Notes: a model not told the origin generated them from the letters alone. Positions 12,456 through 26,428 are shown, counted from the whole stretch's first letter. The stretch is DNA of 63,537 bases, filler included, from Chiloscyllium plagiosum (GCF_004010195.1; 3 parts of one record of this genome joined end to end with filler, not necessarily neighbours in it); one strand, 5' to 3'. Made by a program: numbers and translations.

Positions 12456-12642
12456 CTCCCACCCCCACCCTCCTCTAGCTTATCTCTCCACGCTTCAGGC
12501 TCTCTGCCTTTATTCCTGATGAAGGGCTTTTGCCCAAAACGTCGATTTTACTGCTCCTCGGATGCTGCCTGAACTGCTGTGCTCTTCCAGCACCACTAAT
12601 CCAGAATCTGGTTTCCAGCGTTTGCAGTCATTGTTTTTATCT
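12456..12642 (+). mobile_element. PLE 3' end (non-inverted) with hammerhead-like motif
   Basis: Contains attcCTGATGAagggcttttgcccaaaacgtcgatt followed by the family tail ggatgctgcctgaactgctg...; flanked by direct repeat agatattgc. Confidence 0.75.
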
Positions 12643-13019
12643 AGATATTGCACTTAGCTAATTTCCGGTAAGATTCAGTCCAAAAGTTTGGAACAAAAGT
12701 TGCTGGAAAGTTGATTATGAAAACATACACCAACAGATCTAGTGCTCAGTGAAATGCATCATTGAGTTGCACTACTCTGTTTGCCACAGCCAATTTATCT
12801 CCATAATTCAACAGGATCCTCACCGCTCCCTCAGTACACCAATACAAGTTGTTTACAAGGCAAGGTGCCAAAGCTGGAAATCATTGCTCATGATGCTAAT
12901 ACATTCCCATGTGTTGGGCTACATTTCCATTAAGTATATCCCCAAACACCAAGAGTAAGTTCTCCCATTTGTAAAATGAAGTAATGTAATATGTTATGAC
13001 AAACTATGCGTTTTTTAGT

Positions 13020-13372
13020 CAGAGAGTCATAGAGATGCATAGCATGGAAACAGACCCTTCGGTCCAACCCGTCCATGCCGACCAGATATCCTAAACCAAT
13101 CTAGTCCCACCCTGCGAGCACCCGGCCCATATCCCTCCAAACCCTTCCTATTCATATACCCATCCAAATGCCTCACATCCTTGTAAATCTTTTCTGAACC
13201 CTTTCAAGTTTCACAACATCTTTCCGATAGGAAGGAGACCAGAATTGCACGCAATATTCCAACAGTGGCCTAACCAATGTCCTGTACAGCCGCAACATGA
13301 CCTCCCAACTCCTGTACTCAATACTCTGACCAATAAAAGAAACCATACCAAATGCCTTCTTTACTATCCTAC
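13020..13372 (-). mobile_element. CR1 LINE 3' fragment with internal deletion
   Basis: YRTLVRPLLEYCVQFWSPSYRKDVVKLERVQKRFTRM joined directly to the 3'UTR and tail. Confidence 0.88.
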
Positions 13373-14254
13373 AAAATAGAATACATTGTAAACGGTTAAG
13401 TACAAACATTTTTATATTCCAACATGTCATTTATTCTTCGTTCTAGAATTTAAAACACTGATAGACTAACAAACTAACTTTCTGTAGCCAGGTTAGTGTC
13501 AATTTTTCAAAAACAAAATTCTTCAACTTTCAGTTTTTAGAGTATCAGAACAGAATTTTCAATGAAGATAATACGTTTACAGTCTTCTGTTAATAGAACT
13601 GTAGTCAATAACAAAACCAGATAAAAAATAGGCAACTACTTTGCAGCTTCACATGAATTTAGAAATAATTTTTATGTGTTTATCCCATGTTTATAACCAG
13701 TCTCAAAAGTAAATGCATTTGAATTATCATCTAGATGTAGATCCCCAGTCATGCCAAATTAAACAAGGGCATCTGCAAATTGAAAAAGATCAAATAACAG
13801 TAGTCTGGACATTGAAGAGCAATGACGGGTTTTTTCAATTATTTATTGTACAGTTTTGTCAGGCATGGGAACCTCCTTAATCTAGTTTCTGCTAATAAAT
13901 CAGACATATTATCTGCATCACACTCTGGCATCATCTGTCGCAGACTATACCTTGAAACAATCATAGTTTGTTTCAAGTAAAAATTTATTTTAAAATCTTT
14001 GATTAAATTATGTGTCTAAGTATTGAAAATGTGAATCCATGTTAGAGGGATATACCTTCTACAAATGTAGAACTTCTGGTTACTCAGTGTTTACTAACAC
14101 CTCGGAAACTGAATGAATCTTAAAAACATGAACTGATTAAAGTTCCTTTGGAATACATATCACATGAGAGGATCTACCTAATCCAACAAAGTAGAAGGTC
14201 AGCTATGATCATATTGAAATGGACAGCAGATGTGCAGAGCCAAATGATATTGCT

Positions 14255-14548
14255 GGCTAGATCAGCATTGATTGCCCATCCCTAATTGCCCAGAGGCCCA
14301 GTTAAGAGTCAACCACATTGCTGTGGGTCTGGAGTCACATGTAGGCCAGACCACGTAAGGATGGCCTATTTCCTTCCCTAAAGGACATTAGTGAACCAGA
14401 TGGGTTTCATGGTTATCATTAGACTCTTAAACCTAGATTTTTAAAAACATTTAACTCACATTCTGCCATGGTGGGATTTGAACCCAGGTCACCAAAACAC
14501 TTCTTGGATTAATAGCCTAATGGAAGGACCACTAGACTATCACCTCCC
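14255..14548 (-). mobile_element. Second tRNA-derived SINE family
   Basis: Reverse complement of the family at 17425-17755, 22432-22740 and 36066-36450: A/B boxes, ccatctggttcactaatgtcctttagggaaggaaa core, gggcaattagggatgggcaat 3' part. Confidence 0.72.
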
Positions 14549-15679
14549 TTATATAATACCGAAAAAAACTAACCCAAGGAGTGTTGATATTGGCTACAAA
14601 AACAGACAACATTGAAAACCATCAGCAAGCTATACAGCATAGTCAGAGATGGATTTACATTTTGACATTTGGGAATTTTATACAGAATGAAGGTATTTTT
14701 TAAATTAATTCCAGTCTCTATTTGGAGGGATTGTGGAATTTCCTGTTGGGGTACAAAGTGGGAGTTGAGCCCTTTCCCAACTTCTAAAAGGCATACCTAA
14801 TTCACGACTGACCTGAGCTGGGGTTTTCATTGTTTGGATTGTGAGCTGTGGTGGAGTACAGGAGGAGAGTTAGTGTGGGGGACAGAGATAGTTAGAAGAC
14901 CTTCTTCAGTTCATAGAGACTGCACCCCAGCTCCCAATATTGTTTATGTTCCCACAAACCTCACCCCTCAACTCCCCGACCCATCCCACAGGCCCCTTTA
15001 TATTCCCCACTTTTCCGCCATTTGCCCTCAGATACCCTCATTCTACTCCATATACCTTCCACATTCTGCATGTATCACTAAATGCACTTGTCCAGCATGC
15101 ACAATTTAAAAAAACCCTAAAGATACCCAATAGCAACAGATGCTTTTAAAAACCAAAACTGTAAAAAGTCTGATAAAACTGTTAAGTATTGCTGGTTCAA
15201 AGAAAAGCTGTGCTCCAACCGAAAAAAGGTTTAATGCCCTAAGTGACTCTTACATTGTGGCAACAAAGCACTTTGTCAGCAGACACCACTTCAGAAGAAG
15301 ATTATACTATTGTGACCTTTCTGAACTGTCAGTATTCCCTGAATAGCTGTGTCAATCAACTACCTTCGGTGCCAAGGATTCCAGTAGGCTTTTGAAACTC
15401 TACCAAACATTCATAATAGTCTCAGCTATCAAAATATTACAGCATTACTACACGACACTGAAACTGAAGGAACATTTGGTGTGACATCTCCATTTCAAAG
15501 CAAACTACATATGAATGAATGGCATGAAACAAGTATTAACCAGTGGCATTTGCTGGGGTCAGAATATACTCTGTCCCTCAGCAATCATGCAGCTTCCAAG
15601 GAGGTGAGGTCCTTTTGATAACCCACTCCAGCACATAAAGATAGCTTATGGAATAAAATACAATTGTCTTGTGCCACAC

Positions 15680-16392
15680 ACAGTGGGGACCCTGCCCTCA
15701 GAAGTGGTATTCATCTGAGGATAGATGTCCTGGCTATGGAGGGAGTGTAACAAAGGTTTACCAGTTTGATTCCTTCAGCTGTCTGAAGAGAAACTGGATC
15801 AGTGAGAAATGTATTTCCTGCAGTTTAGAAGAATGAGGAGGGGATATTACAGGAACCCTATAAATTCCCTCCAGGACAGAGTAAACAGGAAGGATGTTCA
15901 CCAGTTACACTTGTGTTGCATCGAGCATCCGTTATCTCATGAACTGTCTGGGCCGGAGCAATTCACCTATGAAGAGAAACCAGTTATGCTGGGGTTGTTT
16001 TCCTTAGAACAGAGAAGACCGAGGGAGGATTGAGGTGTAGAAAGTTCTGAGGTGCATAGTCAGGATGGATAGGGAGAAACCTTTCCCCTTAGTAAAGGGG
16101 TCAGTATCCAAGGGGCACACTTTTATGGTAAGGAGCAGAAGCCTTTAAGTAGATTTGAGGAAAACATTTTCTCACCTGGTTGTTATGGGCATCTGGAACT
16201 CATTGTGGTGGAGGCAGGAATCCTTAAGACATTTAATAAGTGTTTAGATGGGCACTTGAAATGCCATGGTTTACAAGGCTACAGTCTAAGTGCTGGAAAA
16301 TGGGATTGGAATACATTAGATGCTTGATGACCAGCCTGGACACAAGGGGCTGAAAGATCTTTATCATGCCATAGCAACTCATTGATTCTCTA
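15680..16392 (+). mobile_element. Decayed CR1 LINE 3' fragments
   Basis: LGLFSLEQRR-type remnants and a CR1-like 3'UTR. Confidence 0.7.
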
Positions 16393-17424
16393 TCTTTCTC
16401 TCCATCCAATGATCCTGTCCAACACTGACCCTGTCAGAAATCACAAACTCCGATTATTTGAACAAACACCAGTGCTGACAGGCCACAGGCTGTGTGTAAT
16501 AGAAGAACACAACACTGAGTGCATAGAGATTGCAGTTGTTGGCAGCTGAACAGAGGATAAGAGATGAAAATCTAGGCAGCAAACAACGCACCCTTGAGAA
16601 GTGAACATTCTTCTCGACTGATGTCACCATCAGGGTATTTAATTTGATAGTTGGTTGAGTTTTTGAGGCTCTCTCTCAAATGCAGACGCCCAATGAAGAC
16701 AGCAGGAAGGAGACGGGAAAACAGAACTTAATTCTTTTGGTGAGGGTAGATTGGCTTTCCCCTTGGTTAAAATGCAGCAAAAGAGAAACCTGTGAAGTGT
16801 CCAAGAAAAAACATCAAAAACAAAAGTCGTATGCTACCCTGAAAGGATGTTTTTTACCTCATGAAAGAGTCTAGGATATAGTCTCAGAATAAAAGGGCAA
16901 TTGATGAGGAGGAATTTCTTCGCTCAGTGGGTTGTGCGTTTTTGGAACCTCTTCCCACAGAAAGCTGTGGAGCAGAGTTCTTGTGTATATTTAAGGCTGA
17001 GATTGATAGATACTTGATAGTAAAGGAATCAAACATTACGGGGAAAGGCAGAAATGTCGGATGAGCCATGATTATATCAAACAATGGAGCAGGCTCGAGG
17101 GGACAAGCAGTTTACTCCTGCTCCTAATTTTTTGTTCTTATTGTATTGAGGAAAACGGCAGCAGAATGCAATAGGTATTTTCCCATTTCAGTCATTACTC
17201 CAGAACCTTAAAATGGTTCCCTATTGCAAACAGGAAATAGAGCTCGGACATGCCAAGAGCAATGTGACAGTCCAGGAGCTAACGTCATGGTTCACACTCA
17301 GTCTCTGTGATGTGACTGTGAAGCAGCAGACAGCGAGAACTTCTGTATCTTTCACTGCCATCTTAAACTCAGGTTCTGTTTACCTCTTCCTGGACTATCA
17401 CTTCACAGATCCATTGTAAATTCA

Positions 17425-17755
17425 GAGGAGGTGAAGGTCTAGTGGTATTATCACTGGACTGGTAATCCGGAAACCCAGTTTGGGGTAATGTTCTGGGGAC
17501 ATGAGTTTGAATCGAGCACAGCAGATGGCAGAATTTGAATTCAAATCAAAAATAAATCTGGAATTAAGAGTTTAATGATGAACTAATTGTTAGGGAAAAC
17601 CCATTTGTTTCACTAATTCCCATTTAGAGAAGGAAACCAGCTGATAATTAATTCCCGAACCACAGCAATGTGGTTGACTCTTAACTGCCCACTGGGCAAT
17701 TAGGGATGGGCAATAAATGTTGGCCTGACCAGTGATGTCCTGATCCTGTGAATGA
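17425..17755 (+). mobile_element. Second tRNA-derived SINE family
   Basis: gtctagtggtattatcactggact head, B-box-like gagtttgaatc and the shared core. Confidence 0.72.
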
Positions 17756-18509
17756 ATTTTCAAAAACCTTTTGTGAGCGGGAGCAAAACCAATGAAAATT
17801 ATCAGGAGGAGGAGGAGGGTGCAATTCCTGTGAGGATGATTTTAACATTGGGGAACAAGGAATATCTAGAAATTCTTCCTCAAATGTATTCTGATGAATG
17901 GTCTGCATCTGAAATGTTAGCCTTTTCTCAGACAGTCCCGAGTCTTGTTTCTATCTCTTGCTCAAATGGTACAGTCACTGAATACATTTAAGGCAGAGGT
18001 GGATAGATTCTTGATAAGTGGGGGGTGTGAGTGGCCATTGCGGATTAATCTGATCAACCATGATCTTGTTGAGTAGTGGATCAGGCTTAAGAAGCCTATT
18101 CTGGCTCCTAATGTGTGTGCTCACATGTTAACTTGGAGTTTCTCTTCAGATACTGACGAACTGAATGTGCCCAGGATTGTCCTGTGCTTGTGTTTCTTTT
18201 GCAATGCTCCTTTGCTTCGTCCCGTTTGCTGATTCTTAGAATCCTTTACTGCAAGTGGGGATAAAATAATCAAGCAGAGGTGGGTACTGCAGATGCTGGA
18301 GATTTGAGTCAAGATTAGAGTGGTGTTGGAAAAGCACAGTAGGTCAGACAGAGGAGTAGGAAAATCGATATTTCGGGCAATCCTCAAAAGCTCTCAAAAG
18401 TTTCTTAAGGTGATAGACTCCAAAGTAATTCATTTCTGACAGTTTTAGTGAAATACGTACATAATATAGTGATATAAATGTTATGACATAGTTAAAAATA
18501 GAGATTGTG

Positions 18510-19232
18510 CAAAATTAGATAATGTGGAAGTGCAAGGAGACTTGGGAGTTCAAGTGCTTAGATCTTAAAATGTCACAGACAGGTGCAAAAAATAATCAAG
18601 AAAGGTAATAGAAAACTGTTTTTTCTATCTAAAGGACTGGATGCAGAAGGTTGCAGAAGTTATGCTGCATTATGCAAAACCCTGGTTGGACTCCGTTTGG
18701 AGAACTGTGAGCATATCTGGGCACCACACTTCAGGAGGACTATGTTGGTGGGAGTACAACGGAGACCTACAAGAATGATTCCTGGACTTCAGGGGTTCTT
18801 ATAGGAGAGATTATGCAAATTAGGTCTGTTTGCTTTAAGATTTAGAAGGTAAAGGGGTGATCTGATCAAAGTCTTCAAGATATTAACAGCTAAAGACAAG
18901 GTAGATGAAGATAAACTTTTTTCACTGTTGGGGATTCAAGAACTAGTGGCATAGTCTGACAACAAGGCTCCGAATGTTCAGGAGTGATGTTAGGAAGCAA
19001 TTCTACACACAAAGAGTGAGAGGGTTTGGGACTCTCTTTCACAAAAGGCATTGGATACAGAATCAGTTGTTAATGTTAAATCTGAGAAAGGTAATTTTTT
19101 GTTAAGCAAAAGTATTAAGGGGTGTGGGTCAAAGACAGGTATGTGGATTTAGGCCAGAGATCACTATGATCACGTTGAATGGATAGAACAGGTTTGAGGG
19201 GCTGAATAGGCTACACCTAATCCTATGTTGCC
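18510..19232 (+). mobile_element. Old CR1 LINE 3' fragment
   Basis: KTLVGLRLENCEHIWAPHFRR...VQRRPTRMIPGL, a degenerate CR1 ORF2 C-terminus. Confidence 0.8.
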
Positions 19233-20120
19233 TTATTCCTATAAAATAACAAACTAAGATAACTAACATGAGGGGGCAGGGTGAATCAAAGAAAATGTGA
19301 ATTAATATTTCAAAAATCCTGAGACAAATCGCTGCCTTCAGGAGATGATTGGCACAAATTGGAGAAGAAAATTGCTGGCAACAAGTTTGCAAGTAAACAG
19401 CTGAAAATATCAATCAATTGCAGAGTTCATTTCCAGAATGTAATCTAGATAATAGGATCAATTGAATATACTCATTAAAATTCAGATTGCCTCAATAAAT
19501 TAAAGAGGCATGAAATAAATAGAAATAAACTCACATGAAATAGTCTTGTCATTTGAATTTCACATGCAGATTTATATGATAAAGTCTATAACAATTATAT
19601 GTGAAGCTAGTTCTGAGGCTGTGGTTCATCAGATGATTTCAGTGCAAATTATAACATTAGCAGTGGGGTTTAAAAACTAAGATCTTAATCATACTTCCAG
19701 CGAAGAGTAAACGATGAAGACCCAGATATTGCTGTAGTGGGAAACACTTAAACATTCATACTTGCTATTTGAATGCCTTTCTCTGATTATCCAGCCTTTA
19801 ATGTCACTTCATCTAATGACAACATTTGTCCTTAATTCCCCATTTGAAATGCCACAGGAAATCAACTTGTCAAATACATTCACCATAATCAACCTCCTGC
19901 AGCAATGCTTACCATAAGTAGAACATGTTCTGTCTTATCCATTGCTGTTTTCCTTTCTGTTATATTTCTCTGACTTGCTTCTTCCGTCTTTTTTTTCTTA
20001 TTCTCCCTGCCTCTCTCTCCTTCTGTCTCCTTTTATTCATTGTTCCTTTTAGGTAGGAAATGGTGTCTTGAAGTGCCCTATGGAGGAAACAGCCAGCAAT
20101 TCCTTTGGTCTGAGCTTTGT

Positions 20121-20432
20121 TGGTGGCTTGGTGGTTCAGTGGTTAGCACTGATGCCTCATGGCACCAGGAGACTTAGGTTCAATCCCACTCTCAGGTGTC
20201 TGTGCGGAGTTTGCACATTCTCCTGTGACTGTGTGGGTTTCCTCTCACGGTCCAAAGAAGTGCAGGTTAGGTGGATTGACCATGCTAAATTACCATAGTG
20301 TTCAGGCATGTGCAGGCTGGGTGGATTAACCATGGGAAATGTAGTGTTATGGGGATAGTGTGGGTCTGGGTGGGATGCCCTTTGGAGGGGTTGAATGGCC
20401 TGCTTCCCCTTCCACGTTGTAGGGATTCTATG
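20121..20432 (+). mobile_element. V-SINE (HE1-like)
   Basis: tRNA-like head, V-domain and gtagggattctatga tail. Confidence 0.85.
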
Positions 20433-20634
20433 ATCTTGCTCCCTCATTACACAATCTCCATTTGTTACCAGAATTGCCCCATCCTTTTCTCTTAAGGCAG
20501 CGCTTAAAGTCCCACCCTGTTTCACTCTCACCCTGACTGATCCCATTTGTTGGTACCATGGATACTGGAGCTTCATGAAGCATGTGTAAAGAGAAAGATT
20601 ATCAAAGATGGAGGTTAGGCACCTTACAGTCTGA

Positions 20635-21790
20635 AATGGGATAGGGCAATAAAACAACTACATTTATTCTGTCTTCACAGCAAAAGACAGGGAAAAACAC
20701 TTTCCAGAAGTACTAGAGAGATGAGGATCTTTAGAGAAGGAGAAATTAAAGGAAATTGGTATTACCTAATAAAAAAAAGTAGTGCTAGAATAATTAATGA
20801 GAATTAAAGGTGGTAAATTCCCAGTGCCTGATAATCTTTATCGAAGGGTACTAAAAAATGGTGCTCATGGAAATAGTAGACTCATTCTCTGTCATCTTCT
20901 AACATTTTGTACACTTTGGAACAGACCTTGCTGTTTAGATTGTGGCTACTGTGCTACTGTTTAAAAAGGAGGGAAGGACTAAACCAAAAATTAAGACCAA
21001 TTTGCCGAACAGTAGTAGGAGGGAAAATGCTGGAGTCTGTTATAAAAGATGTGATAACAGGATACTTCAAAAACCAATGGATCACACAAAGTCAATATGG
21101 ATTTATGAAAGAGAAATCATATTTGACAGGCTTACTGCAGTTTTTTTTCTGAATATACAAAGAAGAACAAAGAAAAATTACAGCACAGGGACAGGTCCTT
21201 CGGCCCTGCAAGTCTGTGCCAATCCAAATCCACTGTCTAAACCTATCACCCAATTCCTAAGCATCTGTATCCCTCTGCTCCCCACCTACTCATGCATCTG
21301 TCCAGATGCACCTTAAATGAATCTAACGTGCCTGCCTCTACTACCTCTGCTGTAAATACGTTCCAGGCACCTGCCACCTTCTGTGTAAAGTACTTTCCGC
21401 TTGTACCCCCTTAAACCTTTCTGGTGGATCTCACTAACACTAAAAAATTCTGAAAGAGACTGGATGCAGGGATAATGGTTCTGCTGGCCATGGGATTGTA
21501 CAGCAGGTATCAGGATACATGGTAGGCCATTTTGGACTGAGATGAGGAGAAACATCTTCACAAAGAGAATGATGGGACTAGAGGATTCACTACCATAGTT
21601 GGCTATGAAAGTGAAGTTACTGAATATATTTTAGAAAGGAAGAACTAGGTTTCTCAAAGGTGTCAAATGGTTTAAGGAAAGAGCAGGAGTATGGCATTGA
21701 GATAGACGATCAGCCATGATCATGTTGAATGGTAGAGTGGGCACAATGGGCTGAATGGCCTACTCCTGCTATTTCGAAATTTCCATGTGA
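20635..21790 (+). mobile_element. Old CR1 ORF2 (RT) fragments with a nested minus-strand CR1 3' end (~21160-21420)
   Basis: GKMLESVIKDVITGYF..ITQSQYGFMKEKSYLT resembles the CR1 RT N-terminal region. Confidence 0.75.
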
Positions 21791-22431
21791 GGTATCAAAC
21801 TGAAATCTAGCTTAACAAGTTTTCTTTTGTTTGCTTGTCACAATTACTCATTGAAACATAATCACACAAAGTTGTAGATTTCCTTTAAACCAAAATGGAG
21901 ATTTATTGCACGGAAGATGCAGCTTTAAAAAGCCAAGTTATCTTAAAAACGGATGAGTTAAGAAGATCTTAAAATGTGCAGCAAAGCAAAGTTCTGTTTG
22001 CCAACTTGAGCTACCACAGGGACTTAACTTCAGAGAAATTACACCCCTACCTCAACTCGTTGATGTTCTACGTAACTGACCCCTCACAGATTCTTGCTGT
22101 GGACTGCAGAGATATGTTGATAAATTCTTTCCAAATCTGCTGACATCAGTTTGTTGTAAACCTGAGAGTCTAAATATTGTTTTATCGAATGGCCTGTAAA
22201 TTTCTAATCAAATTCTCCTGGTTTTAAAATTTTGCAAACTAAACCTTTCTGCAGAGGAGAACCGTTCCCTGAAGCACCCTGAATTTCTTCCAGAAGAGAA
22301 ACTAATCTGGCTTCTCAACTCAAACCTGGCGTCTTCTCATCTGACTTGCTCAATCTTTGATGCTTCTAAACTGAAAGAAAGCTAATTACATTAAAAACAT
22401 TATCTGAACTATTTTAAATTCAACAGTATAA

Positions 22432-22740
22432 AGGAGATGATGGTCTAATGGTATTAGTATAGTCCAGAAACCAGATAATGTTCTGGGGACCTGGGTTTGA
22501 ATCCTGCCACACCAGATAGTGGAATTTCAATTCAGTAAATATCTGGAATTAAGATTCTAACAATGATCATGAAACCACTGCAGAAGGTTGAGAAAAACCC
22601 ACCTGATTCAATGTCCATTAAAGAAGGAAATGTGCCATCATCACCTAGTCTGGCCTAAATATGACTCCAGACCCACAGCAACATGGTAGACTCTCAACTG
22701 AAATGGCCTAGCAAGCCATTCAGTTTATCAGTCACTATGA
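22432..22740 (+). mobile_element. Second tRNA-derived SINE family
   Basis: ggagatgatggtctaatggtatt head, ctgggtttgaatcc B box and the shared core. Confidence 0.72.
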
Positions 22741-22804
22741 AGTATCAAACTGGATGGACTGCCTGGCATTGACCGAGGCACTGGAAAAGACAATGGCAGA
22801 AGGC

Positions 22805-24050
22805 AATAAGCGCATACAATATTAGGCTATTCAGCTCATCGAATCTGCTCCATAATTCAATCACAGCTAATCATGTTTCTCAACCCCATACTCTTCTATC
22901 CATAACCCTTGATCCCCTGACCAGTCAAGAACCTATCTATCGCTGTATAAAATGCACTCAATAACATGGCCTCCAATGGATCCCTGGAGCATTGAGCTCT
23001 GCAGAGTCATCACTCTCTGGCTGAAGAAATTCCTTCTCATCTCAGCTCCAAAGGGTCATCTCTTCATTCCAAGGCTGTGCCTTTAGGTCCTAGTCTCTCC
23101 TACTATTGGAAACATCTTCTCCATGTCCATTCTAAAATTTCATCTTTTCCCACCCTTATTGTCCTCTGCTGGTTTTTAAAAACTTCTTAATCCTCTGGCT
23201 TCCCACTAATCGTCGTCACATTGTATGCTTTTTCTTTTGCTTTTATGTTTTCCCTGACATCCGCTTTCAGCCTCATCCTCCCCTTAGTTTTCTCTTCTTC
23301 CTTGGATGAGTTTCTGCTGTGCCTCCCCAGAAAGTCCTGCCATTGCTGTTCCACAGTCTTCCCTGCTAGCGTCCCCTTCCAATCAACACTTGCCAGCTCC
23401 TCCCTCATGTCTTTGTAGTTACCTTCCCTTAATTGTAATACCGTTACATCTGCTCAAACTGCCGGGTGAATTCTAACATTATTATGGTCACTGCCCCCTT
23501 TGAGTTCTTTCACATTCAGTTCCCTAATCAAGTCTACTTCATTTCACATCAGCAAATCTGTTCCCTAGTGGACGCTGCCACAAGCTGCTCCAAAAACAAA
23601 TCTCATAGATAGTTTGCAAATTGCTTTCCTTGGGATCCACTGCCAAACCTGATTTTCCCAGTCCACCCGCACACTGAAGTCCCCCCAGGATTATTGTAAT
23701 AGTGCCTGTCTTGCATGCCTTTTCTAGCTCCTGATTTATTTTCTTCCCCACATCTTGATTAGTGCTCGGAAACTTGGACATAACTCCTGTCAGGGTCTCT
23801 TTTCCTTTACACTCTCAATTCTATCCACACAGAATCTGCACCTTCTGACTCAAAATCACTTTTTGCTGTCATTTTCATTTCATTTCTTACTAACAAGGCA
23901 ACTCCGCCCTCTCTGCCCGTCTGCCTGCTTTTTGAATAGGATGCAGTTTCTTGAATGCTCCCAACCCTGACACCTCTGCAGCCACCTCTCAGTGATACCC
24001 TAAACATTGTACCCGTCAATTTAAATCTGTGATACAAGCTCGATTACCTT
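22805..24050 (-). mobile_element. Decayed CR1 LINE (endonuclease-region fragments and 3' end)
   Basis: GREGGVALLVR, SVWIELR and MREELASVDWK remnants on the minus strand. Confidence 0.8.
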
Positions 24051-24084
24051 TGTAATCAGCCCTGTCGACTCTGCAAAGTCCTCC

Positions 24085-24480
24085 TTGCTGACATGTGGAG
24101 CTAGTGCCAAAATTGGGAGAACTATCTCACTGACTACACAAGCAACAACCAGACTCAGTCATATATCTGCAGACAAATGTTTTACAGACTGTATCCACCA
24201 TCACCTTACTTGGATGAGTCCTGTCCTGCCAGCCCAGCAAAAACGGCAGCACATTCAGAAGGAAGTTGCCCTGAGAGTCCTCAGCATTGACTCTGGACAC
24301 CATGATCAGGTCAAACCTGGGCAAGGAAACCACATGCCGATTACCATGTACCTAGCCCTCCCCAGCTGATGACTCTGTCATTCTCAATGTTGAACTACAC
24401 TTGGAGGAAGTACTGAGAGGGGCGAGGCTGCAGAATGTACTGTGGATAGGGGATTTTAATGTCCAAGGCCAAGAGTGGAA
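24085..24480 (+). mobile_element. Decayed non-LTR retrotransposon APE-domain fragment
   Basis: ctagtgccaaaattgggagaactatctcac encodes LVPKLGELSH; a GDFNV motif is encoded at ~24450. Confidence 0.6.
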
Positions 24481-24994
24481 AAGCAGCATAAAAATAAAAC
24501 TCAATGTAAAAAACAATTTCTGAATTTTTGTTTTGCTGTATCCTTTTTTCTGTAGGCCTTTATGGTAGTAACCCTGATAAAAATCTCCAACATCAAGAAT
24601 TACTGGTCCCTCACTGAATGGATATTGGAATTATATTGTTTCAGAAACAACCTGGTCATAATTAAAACTACATTTGGTACTGATTGTATAAGATGAATTC
24701 AAATTAAAAAGGACAGTCTGCAGCATTGACGTTGAAGGAAATAAATAATTCATTTAAATGAACTGAAACTTTTTAATTCCTTTAACATTTATGTTAAACT
24801 GTACCACGGAGCAAAGCTGCCCTCTCCTGTTAGAAATTGCAAAATGTAAACTGTCGACACAGAAAATCTTCTCCAGTCAGACACAAATCATCACATATTC
24901 AGAAGCCATATACTTTGATGTCAGTGATTCACAAGTTATTTGATTTTGGTTGTTTAGCTGAAGCATATTAGCCATGAAGTGTGATTGATATTAT

Positions 24995-25280
24995 GGAGGC
25001 TCAGTGGTTAGCACTGCTGCCTCCAGTTCCACAGACCCAGGTTCAATTCACCTTGGGTGACCGTATGTGTGCAGTTTGCACATTCTCCTTGCGCCTGTGT
25101 AGATTTCCTCTCAGTTCTCTGATTTCTGCTAAATTGCCCTTAGTGCCCAGGGATGTGCAGGTTAGGTGGATTGGCTGAGGGAAATGCAGGGTTACAGGGT
25201 TGGGGTGGTCTGGGTGGGATGGTCTTGGAGGGTCAGTGTGGACTGAATGGCCTGCTTCCACACTGTAGGGATTCTATGAT
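24995..25280 (+). mobile_element. V-SINE (HE1-like), diverged
   Basis: gctcagtggttagcactgctgcctc head, V-domain and gtagggattctatga tail. Confidence 0.8.
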
Positions 25281-25611
25281 ATAAAGCGTATGATTTAAAA
25301 TAGGGAATCTTCATTTAGAAAGGGAATATTTCAGGCTCTGGGAAAAATATCCAAGAAGCTCAGCCCTTTTTAAAAAAGAATCTACCCCATCCTTTTTTTT
25401 GCCCCATTCATTATCTTTCTCACAGTTTATCTTCAAAAGCATATCTTGAGAATATTCACTGTTTGTTTCAATAAGATGCATTTCCCTGCTTCCCAAGGTG
25501 ATGATGTTCTTCACAGATAAATCTCACTGACTTCCCTTCAGGTGTCACACTGGCTAAGTTCCTTGCACCTTTCACCTAGGGTTAGAAGACTAGTTTTAAT
25601 TTGCTTAGAGA

Positions 25612-25748
25612 CCAAAAAAAATGCAGATGACCGGAAGAATACAGCAAGCCAGGCAACATCAGGAGGCGGAGAAGTCAACGTTTCGGGTTCCTGAAGGAGG
25701 GTTATGCCAGAAACATTCCCTTCTCCGCCTCCTGACGCTGCCTGGTTA
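25612..25748. mobile_element. Degenerate palindromic PLE-end element
   Basis: ccaggcaacatcaggaggcggagaag ... cttctccgcctcctgacgctgcctgg inverted arms around a degenerate ctgaagga...gaaac core. Confidence 0.65.
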
Positions 25749-26231
25749 GATATGATTTGCTGGCTATAATCTTCCAAAATTACCTAAATTATGGAATGGC
25801 CACAGCAGATTGGGAAGTTGATTAATGTAACACTGCTATTCAAAAAGGGAGGAAATGATAAAACAGGAAACTACAGGCTAGTTAGCTTGACAGTGTTCAT
25901 CAGGGAATGTAATACTAAGAAAATCTTAATGCACTCCATAAATTATTACATGATCAAAGTAAAATATTTATTTACCACAAAGAAAATCTTGTTTGACAAA
26001 TTTGTGCATGTAACTACTAAGGTTAAGTTGCAACAGTAAACGTTGTACCTTGAGATTTTCAAAAGGCATGCAATAAGATGCCACACTAAAAGGTTACTAC
26101 CTAAAACAAAAGCTTGTGTAATAGCATAATTAGAGGATCGATGATGAGAAAGGAGCAAAGAATAGACATGAATGAACAGTTTCAAATGAACAGAGTCTGA
26201 TAACTGAAGAGTTGTCAGGATACTTATGGAC

Positions 26232-26428
26232 ACAGAGATGGGCTCAAGTGTGTATACTTCAACGCAAGGAGTATCAGAAATAAGGTGGGTGAACTTAAGG
26301 CGTGGATTAGTACTTGGGACTACGATGTTGTGGCCATCACGGAAACGTGCATAGAAAAGGGACAGGAATGGTTGTTGGAGGTTCCTGGTTACAGATGTTT
26401 CAGTAAGATTAGGGGAGGTGGTAAAAAA
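26232..26428 (+). mobile_element. CR1 ORF2 N-terminus (APE endonuclease), runs into gap
   Basis: GLKCVYFNARSIRNKVGELKAWISTWDYDVVAITET, an uninterrupted frame. Confidence 0.88.
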
